From NCBI GenBank assembly GCA_017499595.2, contig CM038999.1:620001-684000 (forward strand): a stretch of 64,000 nucleotides of DNA. Direction: 5' to 3'. Of the stretch, positions 61,957-64,000 are shown in pieces; within the stretch, counting starts at the first letter, position 1; the number at the start of each line of letters is the position of its first letter. This DNA is from Psilocybe cubensis. Lineage: Eukaryota. Below the pieces are notes generated by a model, which ran no database searches, was not told the DNA's origin, and saw nothing but the letters and a program-made list of their open reading frames with translations. The position numbers were made by a program, and so were the translations under genes.

Positions 61957-64000
61957 TCATTGTAAATGGTGTCTATGATTATCCGCAATAGGCTCGCCAT
62001 TTGAAACCACCTCTTGCGCGGAATACCCAGGGACAACAGTATCTGTATGCACGATCTGAACCGGCAAAGATACTTTATCAACGTCAGGATACATGACCGG
62101 GGGATTGTCCTGGACAGCCACTGGTAGCGCATGCGAAACCGAAACCGAGATCGAAACCGACGTAGGTGCTGCTTGACCCTCCTTCTCCTGGCTCCCCGTA
62201 CCAGTACCAGTACTATTGGTCGCACCAGCAGGACCCAACACCTTCCCAATGACCTCGGGCCACCTGCGTTTATTCAACCCATGTAGAATGGCGCTCTGCC
62301 CAATGACCCTCCGCATCGCTGCATCGATCTCCTTCACCAGTTCTTCCAAACTCTCGAACCGTTCCCCGATCTCGTCGCGCAGCATCTCGATCGCTTGAGC
62401 ATCAAGAAGAGCGACGACGCGCGTGAGTCCGACGGCGCACGTCTCAACGCGGTGTCGGTAGTCCACATCGTTCAGAGCGAGTGGGCCGGCGTAGGGGCGG
62501 AGCCAGGCGTGGAATTGCGCAAAGATGTCGAAGGTGAGGTGCATGAGTGGGCTGTGGATACCAGGGTGGCGCGCATAGACGTCCCGCAGGAAGGCCCAGA
62601 TGTCGGAGCCTTGTTCTTTGGTGATGGCGTCGTTTTGGACGACGAGTTTGAAGCTATGGAGGAATTGGTACACCGTTTCTGATGATTAAAAAGACAAAAA
62701 AAGATAATAGTATGCTCATTAAATACTTCATCTGCGATATCGAACCAAGGGAGAGAAAACGCACCATCGGAAAGTTCGTCCAGGTCCTCATCGCATTGGC
62801 GTAGTGCTAGCCGTGGGACACATCGCGAGTTCGAATTCATAAGCCTGATCATACATTCCAGATACGAATTATGCAAGCTAGGATGTATATGCCTGTGCAA
62901 CCATAAAAACACCATATAAATATGCTCCTCGACCTGCAGATCCTCGATCGGCGAGTTAGCATATAGCGCGGGTTCGTCAGTAGGCAAGAGCAGCTGGGGT
63001 AGATACGCGACTTCAGGATCGAGCGCACCAACAAGCTGCGCCGCCTGCGTGCTATTCAAATCGTACAGACAGTGGTAGATATAATACACCGTGTCGATGT
63101 CCTCGGAGAATGTCTGGTCGATCCACATGAGCCCACGCACGATATCATCACCGTCCTGGTAACCGGATGGCTCGCCTGTTTCGGGGTCGAGGTATGTCGC
63201 GTCGCGCATGAGCCGCCAGCGTACGTCGTAGTCGCACCAGTTCTTGTCGAGGTCGGCACGCACAAGTCGGTTGAAGTGTGAGAGCCCGCTGGCGGACGCG
63301 GTGTCAGCGGTCACGTCAAACCCAGCATCGTCCTCGATGTCGCTCAGTACCTGCTTACGCATGCACAGCGCAAACCGGGCACTCCATTCGAGCATGAGTT
63401 TGTGGGCGCGGGCGAGGTGGATGGTCAGTCGATAGAACGCCCAGGCTTGCGGAGACTTGTATGGGCACTGGCCGACCTTGAGGAACGGGTCTTTGGTGAA
63501 GTGGCTCTGAAGTGCCGGGAGAACGGTGGTGAGTACGAGGAGAAGGAGCACCAGAAAGACGACGACACTGATCCATATCGCGACGGTATGATTGTGGGCC
63601 CAGAGCAACTCGAGCATCCCCGCGAAGAAGAGTACCAGAGCGAGTTGCAGTAGGAGCGGCAGGAGCGAGAGGATTAGGGGTACTTTCCAGATGTGCAGCC
63701 CCTCGTAGCGCATTTGACGTATCGCAATTGCATCCTTGTGCGAGCGTGCCGCATCTCTGCCAAATTCGCGTAGCCATTGCATACACAGTATTCCAATCAG
63801 CACTGTGGCCATGCTCAAGGTCAGGCTTAGGAACCACAAAACGTTGATACGGACTTCGGATGCAGATACGGAAAACTCATCCACTATATACGGCGGTGTG
63901 GTTGAATTGTTTTGCAAGTCTTTAAGTTGCATTGACATGTGGGCGAGAATCTGGATGGCCTGGTCATCAGGTTCTTCGACGAGCCACCGGTAGGACTCTA
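61957..64000 (-). CDS. DUF6535-like membrane protein, tandem paralog, 5' end outside the window
   Basis: VRINVLWFLSLTLSMATVLIGILCMQWLREFGRD; CPYKSPQAW; colinear with the neighbour, including intron position. Confidence 0.85.

Overview
Eukaryotic, intron-rich fungal DNA. Short GT-AG introns and the gene families present point to a mushroom-forming basidiomycete (Agaricomycetes); this is an inference. The window has two compartments. Bases ~1-33,500 are AT-rich and dense in transposon relics. They hold strongly diverged copies of three core genes (a CLK/LAMMER-type kinase, an Rna15/CstF-64 homolog and a Cdt2-like WD40 protein), several orphan genes and an internal fragment of a PDR ABC transporter. 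They also hold a ~14.6-kb segment bracketed by ~370-400-bp inverted repeats, a 4.2-kb foldback element (~900-bp TIRs, 7-bp TSD) that splits the Cdt2-like gene and carries two nested MITEs, further Tc1/mariner- and hAT-like MITEs, and Helitron-like termini. Bases ~33,500-64,000 are ordinary gene-dense sequence: F-box paralogs, Hsp110 (SSE1/Hsp88), a single-pass membrane protein, SQS1, an atypical G-alpha subunit and two tandem DUF6535-like membrane proteins. No transposase, RNA gene or CRISPR array could be recognised. Exon boundaries were read by eye and family names come from motif recognition, not database searches.
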